This document shows, piece by piece, positions 28,065-36,511 of a stretch of 41,179 bases of DNA. The notes beneath the pieces were generated by a model that had not been told where the DNA came from, made no database searches, and worked only from the letters and a program-made list of their open reading frames with translations. A program made the translations under genes and the position numbers. This DNA comes from Candidatus Uhrbacteria bacterium CG22_combo_CG10-13_8_21_14_all_47_17 (lineage in GTDB: Bacteria; Patescibacteriota; Patescibacteriia; 2-12-FULL-60-25), in the NCBI GenBank assembly GCA_002786495.1, contig PCSZ01000039.1, positions 16,163 through 57,341 on the forward strand, read 5' to 3'. How positions within the stretch are numbered: the stretch's first letter is position 1; each line of letters begins with the position of its first letter.

Positions 28065-28123
28065 AACACGGTGGAATAGTTAAAATCTGACAAGAGCATG
28101 CTCGACCAACGCCATTTCGTCAA

Positions 28124-29122
28124 CTAAAAGCGCTTTCGAACCGGAATAGGCATGACATCACTAATAGAATCAGTGCCCGCAAGGAGCATCACAAGACGAT
28201 CGACGCCAAAAGCCATTCCCGCCGCATTTCCCATGCGAGGAAGCGCTTCCATAAAACGTTCATCAATAGGCCAAACCTCTTTTCCAAGAGAGCGGCGCAA
28301 AGCTTGTTCTTCCTGAAAGCGTTTTCGCTGTTCCACCGAATCCGTGAGCTCCGCGAAGCCATCCGAAAGTTCCAAGTCTCCGATATACAGCTCGGCACGC
28401 AAAGCAAAACGTTCATCGATCGAATTCGCTTTTGCGAGCGCCGCCATCGACAGCGGATAATTCCAGAGAAACGTCGGCTGACACTTGGAATGATCTTGAT
28501 TCCATCCAAGATACGGTTCCACTTCCGACAGAAAGAGTTTGAAAAAAAGATCATCCCACGTATCCGTTTCCTGCACGCTCTGCTCATGCAAACGACAGAC
28601 TTCGCTCATCTTTTCTCGATCGCCAAGAAGGGGCAAGAGATCCATGTTGGCGTAAAGTTTCATTGCTTCACTTACGGTGAGACGACGAAACGGACCGATA
28701 GGCAAATAAGGAGCTTGCGGGGCCTCTACCTGCGACGAAACAAAACGTACCAGCTCCTCCGTTTCATCCATGAGAGCCTGAATTCCTATTTGCTTTCGAT
28801 ACCATTCAAGCATTAAAAATTCCGGATCATGCGTTACGTCCCAAGGCTCCTCATTGCGAAAGCAGGGACCAAGATCGTAAATCTTGTCTAAATCATTTCC
28901 TAACAAGCGCTTCATCGCATACTCCGGCGAAGAAATGAGCGCCGCTTTATACGTAGCGCCGTCCTGCTCGCGCACAGACGACCACATCGGTTCAAGATAG
29001 GGTTCTTGTCCGGGGAGACCGACGAGCCGCGGCGTTTGCACTTCAAGATATCCGCGTTCATCAAAAAACTGCCGCATGCGTTTGACGACTTGGGAGCGAA
29101 GTTTGAGACGAGGAAGAGACAT
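28124..29122 (-). CDS. epmA: EF-P lysine-lysyltransferase EpmA (GenX/PoxA; truncated class II LysRS paralog)
   Basis: 332 aa; class II aaRS motifs (GYLEVQTPRLV, CFRNEE, GMAFGVDRLVMLL); no anticodon-binding domain; immediately upstream of efp. Confidence 0.82.
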   Translation of the reverse strand: MSLPRLKLRSQVVKRMRQFFDERGYLEVQTPRLVGLPGQEPYLEPMWSSVREQDGATYKAALISSPEYAMKRLLGNDLDKIYDLGPCFRNEEPWDVTHDPEFLMLEWYRKQIGIQALMDETEELVRFVSSQVEAPQAPYLPIGPFRRLTVSEAMKLYANMDLLPLLGDREKMSEVCRLHEQSVQETDTWDDLFFKLFLSEVEPYLGWNQDHSKCQPTFLWNYPLSMAALAKANSIDERFALRAELYIGDLELSDGFAELTDSVEQRKRFQEEQALRRSLGKEVWPIDERFMEALPRMGNAAGMAFGVDRLVMLLAGTDSISDVMPIPVRKRF

Positions 29123-29130
29123 ATCACAAA

Positions 29131-29150
29131 CCCCCTCCTTGCGGAGGGGG
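29131..29150 (-). terminator. GC hairpin after rpsR, 8 nt upstream of the epmA ATG
   Basis: Minus strand CCCCCTCC-GCAA-GGAGGGGG followed by TTTGTGATAT-ATG. Confidence 0.55.
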
Positions 29151-29161
29151 TGGTTTCGAAT

Positions 29162-29401
29162 TTATTTGACCACGAAAGGCAAAAAGCCCATGAACCGCGC
29201 GCGCTTAATGGCTTGTGCGAGTTTACGCTGATGCCAAGCACAGACACCGGAACGCTTGCGCGGAACGATCTTTCCAAATGAGGAAAGATAGCGGCGCAAT
29301 GTATCCGTATCTTTGTAGTCGATATGCTTCACATTGTTCACGGTGAAATAGCATGTCTTCGGCTTCTGCTTTTTCGTGCGATTTCGGCTGTATGATTTCA
29401 T
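29162..29401 (-). CDS. rpsR: 30S ribosomal protein S18
   Basis: 79 aa from the ATG at 29401; CYFTVNNVKHIDYKDTDTLRRYLSSFGKIVPRKRSGVCAWHQRKLAQAIKRAR. Confidence 0.95.
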   Translation of the reverse strand: MKSYSRNRTKKQKPKTCYFTVNNVKHIDYKDTDTLRRYLSSFGKIVPRKRSGVCAWHQRKLAQAIKRARFMGFLPFVVK

Positions 29402-29426
29402 ACTGAATTTTATGCTTTGAAAAAAA

Positions 29427-29894
29427 TTAAAAAGGAATATCTTCAAGTCTGATCTCTTGATCACCCACGCCCGGATCAACCTCAGATGAAGAGGACGCGT
29501 CGGAAGATGTAGAGGACATATCTGTATTTGATCCTGGAACAGACGGGCCTCCCACAGGACCGGAACCGGGACGATCCAAAAGGATCATATTATCCGCAAC
29601 GATTTCTGTGCGATTACGCTTCTGCCCGTCTTGGCCTTCCCATTCGCGCGTCTGAAGCCGGCCTTCGACATATACTTTTCGTCCTTTGCCGAGATATTGC
29701 CCGCAGATTTCAGCAAGCTTTCCCCAGGCGACGAGATTATGGAACTCGGCACGCTGTTGTTTTTGACCGCTCGAGTCCCTCCATTGCATGTTTGTCGCAA
29801 CACCGAATGAGCAAACACTCTGACCGGATGCGATGGTACGCACCTCCGGGTCGCGAGTAACATTTCCGATAATAGTTGCACGGTTTAAATCCAT
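29427..29894 (-). CDS. ssb: single-stranded DNA-binding protein
   Basis: 155 aa; NRATIIGNVTRDPEVR OB-fold N-terminus; Gly/Ser/Pro linker; acidic C-terminal tip EDIPF. Confidence 0.95.
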   Translation of the reverse strand: MDLNRATIIGNVTRDPEVRTIASGQSVCSFGVATNMQWRDSSGQKQQRAEFHNLVAWGKLAEICGQYLGKGRKVYVEGRLQTREWEGQDGQKRNRTEIVADNMILLDRPGSGPVGGPSVPGSNTDMSSTSSDASSSSEVDPGVGDQEIRLEDIPF

Positions 29895-29906
29895 AGAGCG
29901 AATGGG

Positions 29907-30440
29907 CTAGGCTTCTGTCTCGTCTTTCTTTAAAGCAGACTCAATTTTTCGTTCGACTTCCTCTTCAGAGATTTTCAACTTTTCTTCTCCGGTTTCTGTA
30001 GAATCATTAGCCGGCTTCTTTGTCTGAACGGCTTCTTCTTCTGCCTTCTTTTTTGCGTCCATCTTGCGACGGCGCACATGCTCTTCTTTTGCCTCAATAT
30101 TTATCTCTTCATAGGGAACGAGATTAAAGTTCGGCGTTTCGCCTTCCACGCGCAAGATAAGGTGGCGCAAAACCTCAGACGTAATACGAAGTGTTCCCTC
30201 GAGTTTGGCAAGCATCAAACGATCAAGCGTAAAATATACAAGAACATAATGACCATGACGCTGCTTTTTAATGGAGTAAGCAAAACGCATTTTTCCAAGA
30301 CGTTGTGTCGACTCGATAGATGCCCCAAGCTTTTCAAGAATGGCGGTGACTTTCTGTTCGACGGTACCAACTTCTTCGTCGGTAAATGTCGTTGGAATAA
30401 TATATAACAGCTCGTAGCGTGCTGGAGGGTTTTCGGACAT
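29907..30440 (-). CDS. rpsF: 30S ribosomal protein S6 with Lys/Glu-rich C-terminal extension
   Basis: Start taken at MSENPPARYELLYIIP (residue 28 of the ORF-track protein); RYELLYII..RLGKMRFAYSIKKQRHGHYVLVYF is the S6 core; coordinate +/-1. Confidence 0.9.
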   Translation of the reverse strand: MSENPPARYELLYIIPTTFTDEEVGTVEQKVTAILEKLGASIESTQRLGKMRFAYSIKKQRHGHYVLVYFTLDRLMLAKLEGTLRITSEVLRHLILRVEGETPNFNLVPYEEINIEAKEEHVRRRKMDAKKKAEEEAVQTKKPANDSTETGEEKLKISEEEVERKIESALKKDETEA

Positions 30441-30522
30441 AGATTTCGACTGGCTCCTATTGAGAGCGCCCCATAAAATCGGGGCTCGGACAGTCGTACT
30501 TAAGAATAATGAAGTGGCCAAA

Positions 30523-30551
30523 GCTTAATGAAATAAGCTTTTTTTGTCAAT
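30523..30551 (-). promoter_or_regulatory. candidate promoter of the rpsF-ssb-rpsR operon
   Basis: Minus strand TTGACA (30546-30551), 17-nt spacer, TAAGCT; followed by an ~80-nt leader containing the hairpin GAGCCCC..GGGGCGCTC. Confidence 0.45.
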
Positions 30552-30565
30552 GATAAAAAGAAAAC

Positions 30566-30598
30566 CCCGTTCAACAGCATAGGCTGAAGAAACGGGGC
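30566..30598 (-). terminator. terminator after the 424-aa coiled-coil membrane protein gene
   Basis: Minus strand CCCCGTT-N19-AACGGGG followed by TTTTCTTTTT. Confidence 0.55.
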
Positions 30599-30616
30599 AG
30601 TTTGGGAGAAAAAACG

Positions 30617-31891
30617 CTAGTGAAGACCTAGAGCCAGGAGCTCGGTTTCGGCCTCCTCCCGAAGGCGGTGTTCATTCTCAAGTTGTTCGGAAAGGCGATC
30701 ATTTTTCTCAGAGAGATCGGCAACCTCTTGCGCTGCTTCCTGAAGCACGTGCTCAGAATGCTTGCGATACGTGAGTTCCTGAGCCTGCAGCTCGCGAATA
30801 TGCGCTATGAGTTCCTGCTCGGTTTGGGCAAAAGTGGAAATTCGCGCAGCCTGAAGGCCCAGTTCTTGCTGCGCGTGGAGAAGTTCTTCTTCAAGTTTGA
30901 GTCTAAGCTCCGCGTCCCTCGCGAGCTCAGCTTGTACGCCTTCCGCTTCTTTGACGGCTAAGGAAAGTTGAGCGCGTACAAACTCAACCTCATCCTTCAG
31001 ATCAGCATAGTCTTGCTGCATTCGGTTCTTCGCGCGCTGCTCACGATCATGAGCCCGGCGAATTGCATCTCGGTCGGATTGTAGTCGCAGTCGAGATTCT
31101 ACCAAAAGAGCAATTTCGCGGTCCTTGGCCCCAAGCTCGCGCGCGAGACGTAGATTCTCCGCATGGGCATCTTTTCGGATAGTCTTCTCAGCCTCTGAGA
31201 ATCGCTTCTGCATGCGATCGTAAACGAAAGCGAAGAGAAGAAACAGAGCGCTGAGCGCCAAGAGAAAGGCTAGAGAAAAATCCCGCCAATTAACCCGCCC
31301 GTCGTCACGAGAAGATTCGTTTTGTGGATAGCTTCCTTCAGCGAGATTTGACGATTCGTCTTGTGAACGATTCGCCAGAGATTCCGCTGAAGCCATGTGA
31401 TCCCCATGAGCAGCTTGCTCGGAAGGGAGAAGCGCCTCGTTATGTTGCGCCCGCGCATGCGGTGCGACAACCGAAGGAGCAGTGCTGTTTCGAAGTGGAA
31501 TGCGATACGTTACGCCTTGAACAAGCCAACGAGCTCGATGCGCAGGATCGCATTGTTCATAGAATATTGCGGGATCCCGCGCTAAGCTTGGGCGCTCCCC
31601 ATCGCTGCGACAAAGATGAATAACTTTCCCGGGGTTTTCTCGAGCAAGATCTTCCTCGGTCGCGAGAATGGCATCAAGATCACCGCGCATCCATGCCGCT
31701 TGGCGCACAGAGTGGAAGAGATTTCGAAAGGACGCTCGACCCGTCACGCGGACCGTGGCGTACCCTTGTTCATCGAAACGAGGAAACGTGAACGTGCGCT
31801 GAGCGAAGCTGCTCTGCGGAAAAATCATGGCCAAAATGACCATCGTAAAAAACAGAAAGACTGCACGAAGAATAGCCATGACGAGCTCCAC
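30617..31891 (-). CDS. bitopic membrane protein: signal/anchor, ectodomain, TM helix, ~200-aa cytoplasmic coiled coil (424 aa)
   Basis: N-terminus AILRAVFLFFTMVILAMIFPQSSFAQ; TM FSLAFLLALSALFLLFAFVY; C-terminus rich in heptad-like E/R/L/Q/A. GGAG sits 6 nt before the second ATG (31879), which may be the true start. Confidence 0.72.
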   Translation of the reverse strand: MELVMAILRAVFLFFTMVILAMIFPQSSFAQRTFTFPRFDEQGYATVRVTGRASFRNLFHSVRQAAWMRGDLDAILATEEDLARENPGKVIHLCRSDGERPSLARDPAIFYEQCDPAHRARWLVQGVTYRIPLRNSTAPSVVAPHARAQHNEALLPSEQAAHGDHMASAESLANRSQDESSNLAEGSYPQNESSRDDGRVNWRDFSLAFLLALSALFLLFAFVYDRMQKRFSEAEKTIRKDAHAENLRLARELGAKDREIALLVESRLRLQSDRDAIRRAHDREQRAKNRMQQDYADLKDEVEFVRAQLSLAVKEAEGVQAELARDAELRLKLEEELLHAQQELGLQAARISTFAQTEQELIAHIRELQAQELTYRKHSEHVLQEAAQEVADLSEKNDRLSEQLENEHRLREEAETELLALGLH

Positions 31892-31993
31892 TCTCTGTTA
31901 TGAGGTACGCGAACATGAACAAGACATGTCCGTGCAGTTAGCTTGGCCAAAAAAAGGCTTTTTTGTCAAGAGAAATTAGGGGAACGAAAAAGA

Positions 31994-32013
31994 CCCCCGA
32001 CAGATGTCGAGGG
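31994..32013 (-). terminator. terminator after the 672-aa coiled-coil membrane protein gene
   Basis: Minus strand CCCTCGACA-TC-TGTCGGGGG followed by TCTTTTTCG. Confidence 0.55.
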
Positions 32014-32065
32014 CCCAGTTCTGAAAAGTAAGAAACCGAAGCTTCTCGTAAAAAGAGCGGACCTT

Positions 32066-34084
32066 TCAGTCTTCGCCATCCTGCTCGTCAGCAGATGGCG
32101 GAGGCACCACGATGGGAATCGTTGGAATACGAGACCCGAGGTCATCCCCACGAGAGTACCCCTCCTGGCGAAACCTTCTTATCGGATCTCTGTCCGACAC
32201 CTCGGTCGCATCCTCCTCGCCCGGTAGCCGGACATAGGGATGCGTTCTCGTGCGAGGGAGTGGCTCGCTGCTCACCGTAGTGGGCGAGGAAGAAAGCTCC
32301 TCCCATGCCCCACTTCGCTTTACGCGATTTGGGTCAGAGAAAACCCGCGTCCCGTTGGGATCTGCTACCGATGGCGGCAAAGAACCGCCAAGAGCCAACT
32401 CGTCTGCAAGAGACGAAAAAAAGCTCTCCAGAGGTTCCATGACCTCCTTCGTTGCTCGCTCCAGACCCTGCAAAAACTCACGAAGGCTATGGAAGCGCAG
32501 CAGATTATGACACTGCGATGGATCCTCGATGTAGGGGTTAAGTTCCCCAATAAGAAGCCTCCCCGAGGAGACGCTGCTCCACAAACTCTCCAAAACTCGT
32601 TTCCGGAAAGCTGCGAATGCACCGTCGAGCTCTTCGAGCTCCTGCCTAGCGAAAGCACCTTGAGCTCTCTCGTTTGCGACCTCCTCATGGAGAAGCTTGA
32701 TCGCAAGCGCCTGTTCCTCGTTCTCCCGCACGAGCTCTTGGAAGCTCAGAGTATCCTCGGTGCCGAGAACACCCTTGGGGAGCTTGGGGGGTTTTATGCA
32801 TTCCAGCTTATTATTCGATTTGACGATGGGCGCGTCCTCTTGGACCTCCCCGAGCGCATCGAATTTATCAGCTTTCTCGCAAAGCTCTTTCAAGAGCTTC
32901 TCATCAAGCTCACCACGGCGATTATCGCATGCGCTCTGCAGCGCCAAATAGCGATCGATCAGACAAAACGCATTGCGGAGATGTTGAGGAGACAATGTCA
33001 TGTTCTGAGACACCGCTTCGGAGTACCTACTCCAGCAAATGCGAAGCGTCTCATTAAGCTTGCTCTGTTCATCACGCTGCGACAGCGCAATCTGAACGTT
33101 GTGCAGGAGTACGGACTCACGCTCTTTTATGCGCGAATCTCGTTGGCGTAAGAGGAGAAAGAAGACCAAGCAGGACACGCCAGCGCCCACAAGGAGTCCC
33201 AAAAGAAGGATAATGAACGAAGGCAGACCTTGGGAAGTCTGTTCCGCTGACGAAAGATTTTGTTGAGTATTCCGAGAAGCAGCCGTCGTCACAGGCGCTT
33301 GCGAGGAGGCCGTACGGCCGGAAGCATCTGCCTGTTGCAAGGGCGGTCGAATCGCGGGCAGTGCCTGCGCATGGTTCAGGTTCGTCTCGGCGGAATGCTC
33401 CGACGAAGCTTCGCCAGGCGTCCGCGTAAGCGTTCGCCCGATCGCCCCGATCACATGACGCGCCTCTTCATATGTTGGAGGCTGCTCTTCGCCCATGAGA
33501 TCATGGAATTCGGTAAGCCATCGCCCGAGTTGAGCGGGAGCCAAAACCGTTTCCGCGACCTCCGTGCCATCAAGCGTATTCACCATCTCTTCCGCGCGTT
33601 CGCTTGGTGTGAGATGGCGCGCAGCGGGCACGCGATAAATCATTTGATGCCGCGGGCCTGAGGCGATGAGCCACCGACCACAATGCGAAGCATCTGAACA
33701 AAAGGCATCGTAGGTCAGGCGCTCGCGCGAATGGTTGTAGCTTTCGCATGCCCCATTCTTCGCGAAGTGTTGATGACCATTGCGACCGCGCACGAAGAGC
33801 ACGCGACAAGGATTGGCAGCTTCGAACTGCGCCATGGAAACATGCTGCGAAGCATTCGCAATATCGCGATTAACTCGCGCAAGCAATGTGTCCGGCGAAA
33901 GCTGCGCTCCCCGAACATACGATCCCACGAGGAAGCAGCGGTACCCGTCAGGGCAACGTGCCTCATCGCTTCGAAGTTCTCGAATCTCACCGGGGCCGGG
34001 CAGAACGATGTCCTGCGCCAAAGCCTGAAGAGGCAAAAGACACATGAACAGCACGCTCGCCACAAGGAGGTTGAACCGGTGCAT
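32066..34084 (-). CDS. bitopic membrane protein paralogous in ectodomain to 30617-31891, with ~370-aa cytoplasmic coiled-coil/disordered region (672 aa)
   Basis: AAGGAA 7 nt upstream of the ATG at 34084; signal MHRFNLLVASVLFMCLLPLQALAQ; TM FIILLLGLLVGAGVSCLVFFLLL; ectodomain motifs shared with its neighbour. Confidence 0.72.
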   Translation of the reverse strand: MHRFNLLVASVLFMCLLPLQALAQDIVLPGPGEIRELRSDEARCPDGYRCFLVGSYVRGAQLSPDTLLARVNRDIANASQHVSMAQFEAANPCRVLFVRGRNGHQHFAKNGACESYNHSRERLTYDAFCSDASHCGRWLIASGPRHQMIYRVPAARHLTPSERAEEMVNTLDGTEVAETVLAPAQLGRWLTEFHDLMGEEQPPTYEEARHVIGAIGRTLTRTPGEASSEHSAETNLNHAQALPAIRPPLQQADASGRTASSQAPVTTAASRNTQQNLSSAEQTSQGLPSFIILLLGLLVGAGVSCLVFFLLLRQRDSRIKERESVLLHNVQIALSQRDEQSKLNETLRICWSRYSEAVSQNMTLSPQHLRNAFCLIDRYLALQSACDNRRGELDEKLLKELCEKADKFDALGEVQEDAPIVKSNNKLECIKPPKLPKGVLGTEDTLSFQELVRENEEQALAIKLLHEEVANERAQGAFARQELEELDGAFAAFRKRVLESLWSSVSSGRLLIGELNPYIEDPSQCHNLLRFHSLREFLQGLERATKEVMEPLESFFSSLADELALGGSLPPSVADPNGTRVFSDPNRVKRSGAWEELSSSPTTVSSEPLPRTRTHPYVRLPGEEDATEVSDRDPIRRFRQEGYSRGDDLGSRIPTIPIVVPPPSADEQDGED

Positions 34085-34234
34085 CTGAGTTCCTTCTTTC
34101 TCTGTTATACCTTCACCTGATTGTGAAGATGCATGACCAAAAACCCTTTGGTTAATGGACATTTCAGCTCATCATACAAAAAACGCTCTGTCAAGGCTGT
34201 ACCAAGAGGCGTTAAGTAGGTAAAATTCCGCTCA

Positions 34235-35431
34235 ATGAAGCATTTTCTTCTCCTTGGCAGCCAGCCAAGACTTTCCTTAGCTGAGGCCCATGCCGTTATT
34301 GATGGCCCTTCTCCCATGCGTTATGACGCTTTGGCCGTGTTTTCAAGCGGTTTTTGGGATGATGTCTTTTTTCAAAATCGACTCGCCGGAACGGTAAAAC
34401 TGGGCGATATTGAGACAGAGGTGCCCATAGGAGAACTCACACCGGCTCTTCTCGCAGATATTATTGAAGCCCATCCAAGAGCGGATCGCATTCTCTTTGG
34501 ACTCTCTATTTACGGAGCAAAAAAGAAAGAAGCTCAAACGCTGAAGAATCTCCCCATACAACTAAAACGAGAACTGAAAACACGAGGAAAATCAGTGCGC
34601 TGGGTTACCGGTGACGAGGGGAAAATTTCCCCGGCAGCCGTTGCAAAACTGCATCTCACAACGGAAGGTTATGATTTCATGATCGGCATCGCCGACGGGA
34701 AGGCGTTGATCGGACTGACGACACAAGTACAAGATGCGGACGCCTGGAGTAAAAGAGATTTTGGGCGTCCCTTTCGAGACGCAAAAACCGGCATGCTTCC
34801 CCCAAAACTTGCGCGCATGATGGTAAACCTTGCCGTCGGACTTGAACCCATTGAAGACGCCACGCTTCTTGATCCGTTCTGTGGAAGCGGCACCGTCATT
34901 ATGGAAGCAGCGCTTTTGTTCCCAAGTCTGAAACTGGTTGGAGCGGATATTGATACAAAACAAATAGCAGGAAGTCAGGAAAATTTTAAATGGCTCGTTC
35001 AGCAAAATCTTCTTCCTGAAGAGAGTCTGCAACGCATTACGTGGCGCGTGCATCCGGCGAAAGATCTGGCAGCTCATATGGAAGGCGGTCCGATACGCTA
35101 CATTGTCACCGAAGGCTTTCTTGGCCGCCCACTTCAGGGGAATGAATCCATAAAAGAATTGGAGAGCCGAATGCAAGAAGTAAAAAATATCTGGGAAGCG
35201 TCTTTACCGGCACTCGCCGCCCTTCAGCCCCAAGGCGGACGTCTCGTTTGCACATGGCCGACCTATAAACTCAGCGAGGGTCTTATCAATCTAGAAATGG
35301 ACGACATCGAAGACTTGGGATACCGCATTCTTGACCCGCTCATTGACTGGAGCGCCAATCAAGAACCAATTCTTTATACCCGCCCCGACCAGCATCTCGC
35401 CAGAAGAATCGTTGTTCTTGAACGTATTTAA
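34235..35431 (+). CDS. SAM-dependent methyltransferase, UPF0020/Trm11-like (putative RNA methylase)
   Basis: 398 aa; MLPPKLARMMVNLAV..LLDPFCGSGTVIMEAA (motif I) and VGADID (motif II); the N-terminal ~170 aa form a THUMP-like pre-domain; the motif IV position reads VTEGFLG. Confidence 0.75.
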   Translation: MKHFLLLGSQPRLSLAEAHAVIDGPSPMRYDALAVFSSGFWDDVFFQNRLAGTVKLGDIETEVPIGELTPALLADIIEAHPRADRILFGLSIYGAKKKEAQTLKNLPIQLKRELKTRGKSVRWVTGDEGKISPAAVAKLHLTTEGYDFMIGIADGKALIGLTTQVQDADAWSKRDFGRPFRDAKTGMLPPKLARMMVNLAVGLEPIEDATLLDPFCGSGTVIMEAALLFPSLKLVGADIDTKQIAGSQENFKWLVQQNLLPEESLQRITWRVHPAKDLAAHMEGGPIRYIVTEGFLGRPLQGNESIKELESRMQEVKNIWEASLPALAALQPQGGRLVCTWPTYKLSEGLINLEMDDIEDLGYRILDPLIDWSANQEPILYTRPDQHLARRIVVLERI

Positions 35432-35531
35432 ATAAAGTCGAAAAGACCTTACAGTATTGACAAAAGCCATAAAAAATGGAAAGGTTAGACGTTCCCGTAT
35501 TTCGCGGGATCGCTCCTTACAGGAGGGCATC

Positions 35532-36452
35532 ATGTCCGAAAAAGTCACTGATCACCGAAGCTCGCAGCCGTCTCAAGCTGCGGAAGCGGTCGGGACATTC
35601 ATGCCCGGCCAAAAAATCGTTTCGTTCCTCGAGAGCACGCATACGGCGTTTCTCATCATCGATGGCTATGCCTTGCTCTACACGCTTTCCTCGCAAGGAG
35701 AGCCGATGACGAAATCCATCAACGAGCTACGCGCGGGCGACATCGTAAATCCGGAACTTCTCATACATGAGGATGTATTGGAAATCGAATCGGCCTATGA
35801 GGTTGTTGCCAAAACGCATGTACGGGTCATTCCTCTTACGTTCCGAGACCTCTGGGGCCAAGAGACTCCCCAACATAAGCGACTCGAAAATATCGAGCAT
35901 ACCATTCATGCACTTGCCCCCCTTTGGGCAAGCTGTACGAATGAGCGTGTCTCTCGCCAAGAAGAGATGGAGAGCTACAACGAAGCATTCGAAAAGCTTC
36001 GTGCAGAGCTGGATCGCGCTACGCAACGCGCGCAAGATCTCGAAAACGAGAAGGACGACCTCGAAAGACAGCTGCACCAGCTCCACGGATTCAATCAGGG
36101 CCTCACAAAAGAGAAGGTGAACGCCGTGCTTCTCGAAGCGTACCGTAAGGAACGTAAGCAAAACTTGGCGCTAAGGAGAGACGTCTTCAAACGCACTATG
36201 GAAGCCCAAGGAGCTCTCAAGAGCGTTGAACTACTCACTGAGTATATCGAGGAACTGGGAGAGCTTCAAGACCTCTCCGTGCTCTGTGTGACAAATGCTT
36301 CCGCCTTCCAGAGCGAGCTACACCGTTTTTTCATGACGCTCGCGCAGATGCCTGAGAACCCCACGCTGACACAGCTCGGCTTCCAGGGCATCACCGTCCT
36401 TTTCGACCAATTCGGATTGAAGGATCACAAAGATCCATTCTCCTCTACCTGA
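35532..36452 (+). CDS. cytoplasmic protein: degenerate cNMP-binding-like beta-barrel N-domain plus coiled coil (306 aa)
   Basis: AGGAGG 5 nt upstream of the ATG at 35532; FMPGQKIVSFLESTHTAFLIIDGYALLY..LRAGDIVNPELL..EVVAKTHVRVIPLTFRDL follows the cNMP-barrel spacing but lacks the FGE..RSA cassette; heptads follow (EEMESYNEAFEKLRAELDRATQRAQDLENEKDDLERQLHQL). Confidence 0.68.
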   Translation: MSEKVTDHRSSQPSQAAEAVGTFMPGQKIVSFLESTHTAFLIIDGYALLYTLSSQGEPMTKSINELRAGDIVNPELLIHEDVLEIESAYEVVAKTHVRVIPLTFRDLWGQETPQHKRLENIEHTIHALAPLWASCTNERVSRQEEMESYNEAFEKLRAELDRATQRAQDLENEKDDLERQLHQLHGFNQGLTKEKVNAVLLEAYRKERKQNLALRRDVFKRTMEAQGALKSVELLTEYIEELGELQDLSVLCVTNASAFQSELHRFFMTLAQMPENPTLTQLGFQGITVLFDQFGLKDHKDPFSST

Positions 36453-36456
36453 AAAA

Positions 36457-36487
36457 CCCCCGTCCGACGCATTCTGTCGGACGGGGG
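36457..36487. terminator. bidirectional rho-independent terminator
   Basis: CCCCCGTCCGAC (36457-36468) / GTCGGACGGGGG (36476-36487) perfect 12-bp stem with flanking A- and T-runs. Confidence 0.8.
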
Positions 36488-36511
36488 CTTCTTGTTTTAA
36501 TGCTATTTTTT

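Noticed and set aside
32240-33151. 303-aa plus-strand ORF, plus several 80-130 aa ORFs on both strands, overlapping the 672-aa membrane protein gene
   Set aside because: These are shadow ORFs in GC-rich DNA. The minus-strand frame has a coherent signal peptide, TM helix, SD-preceded ATG and terminator. The antisense product is R/L/S-rich with no features. A genuine overlapping gene cannot be excluded without expression data, but nothing supports one.
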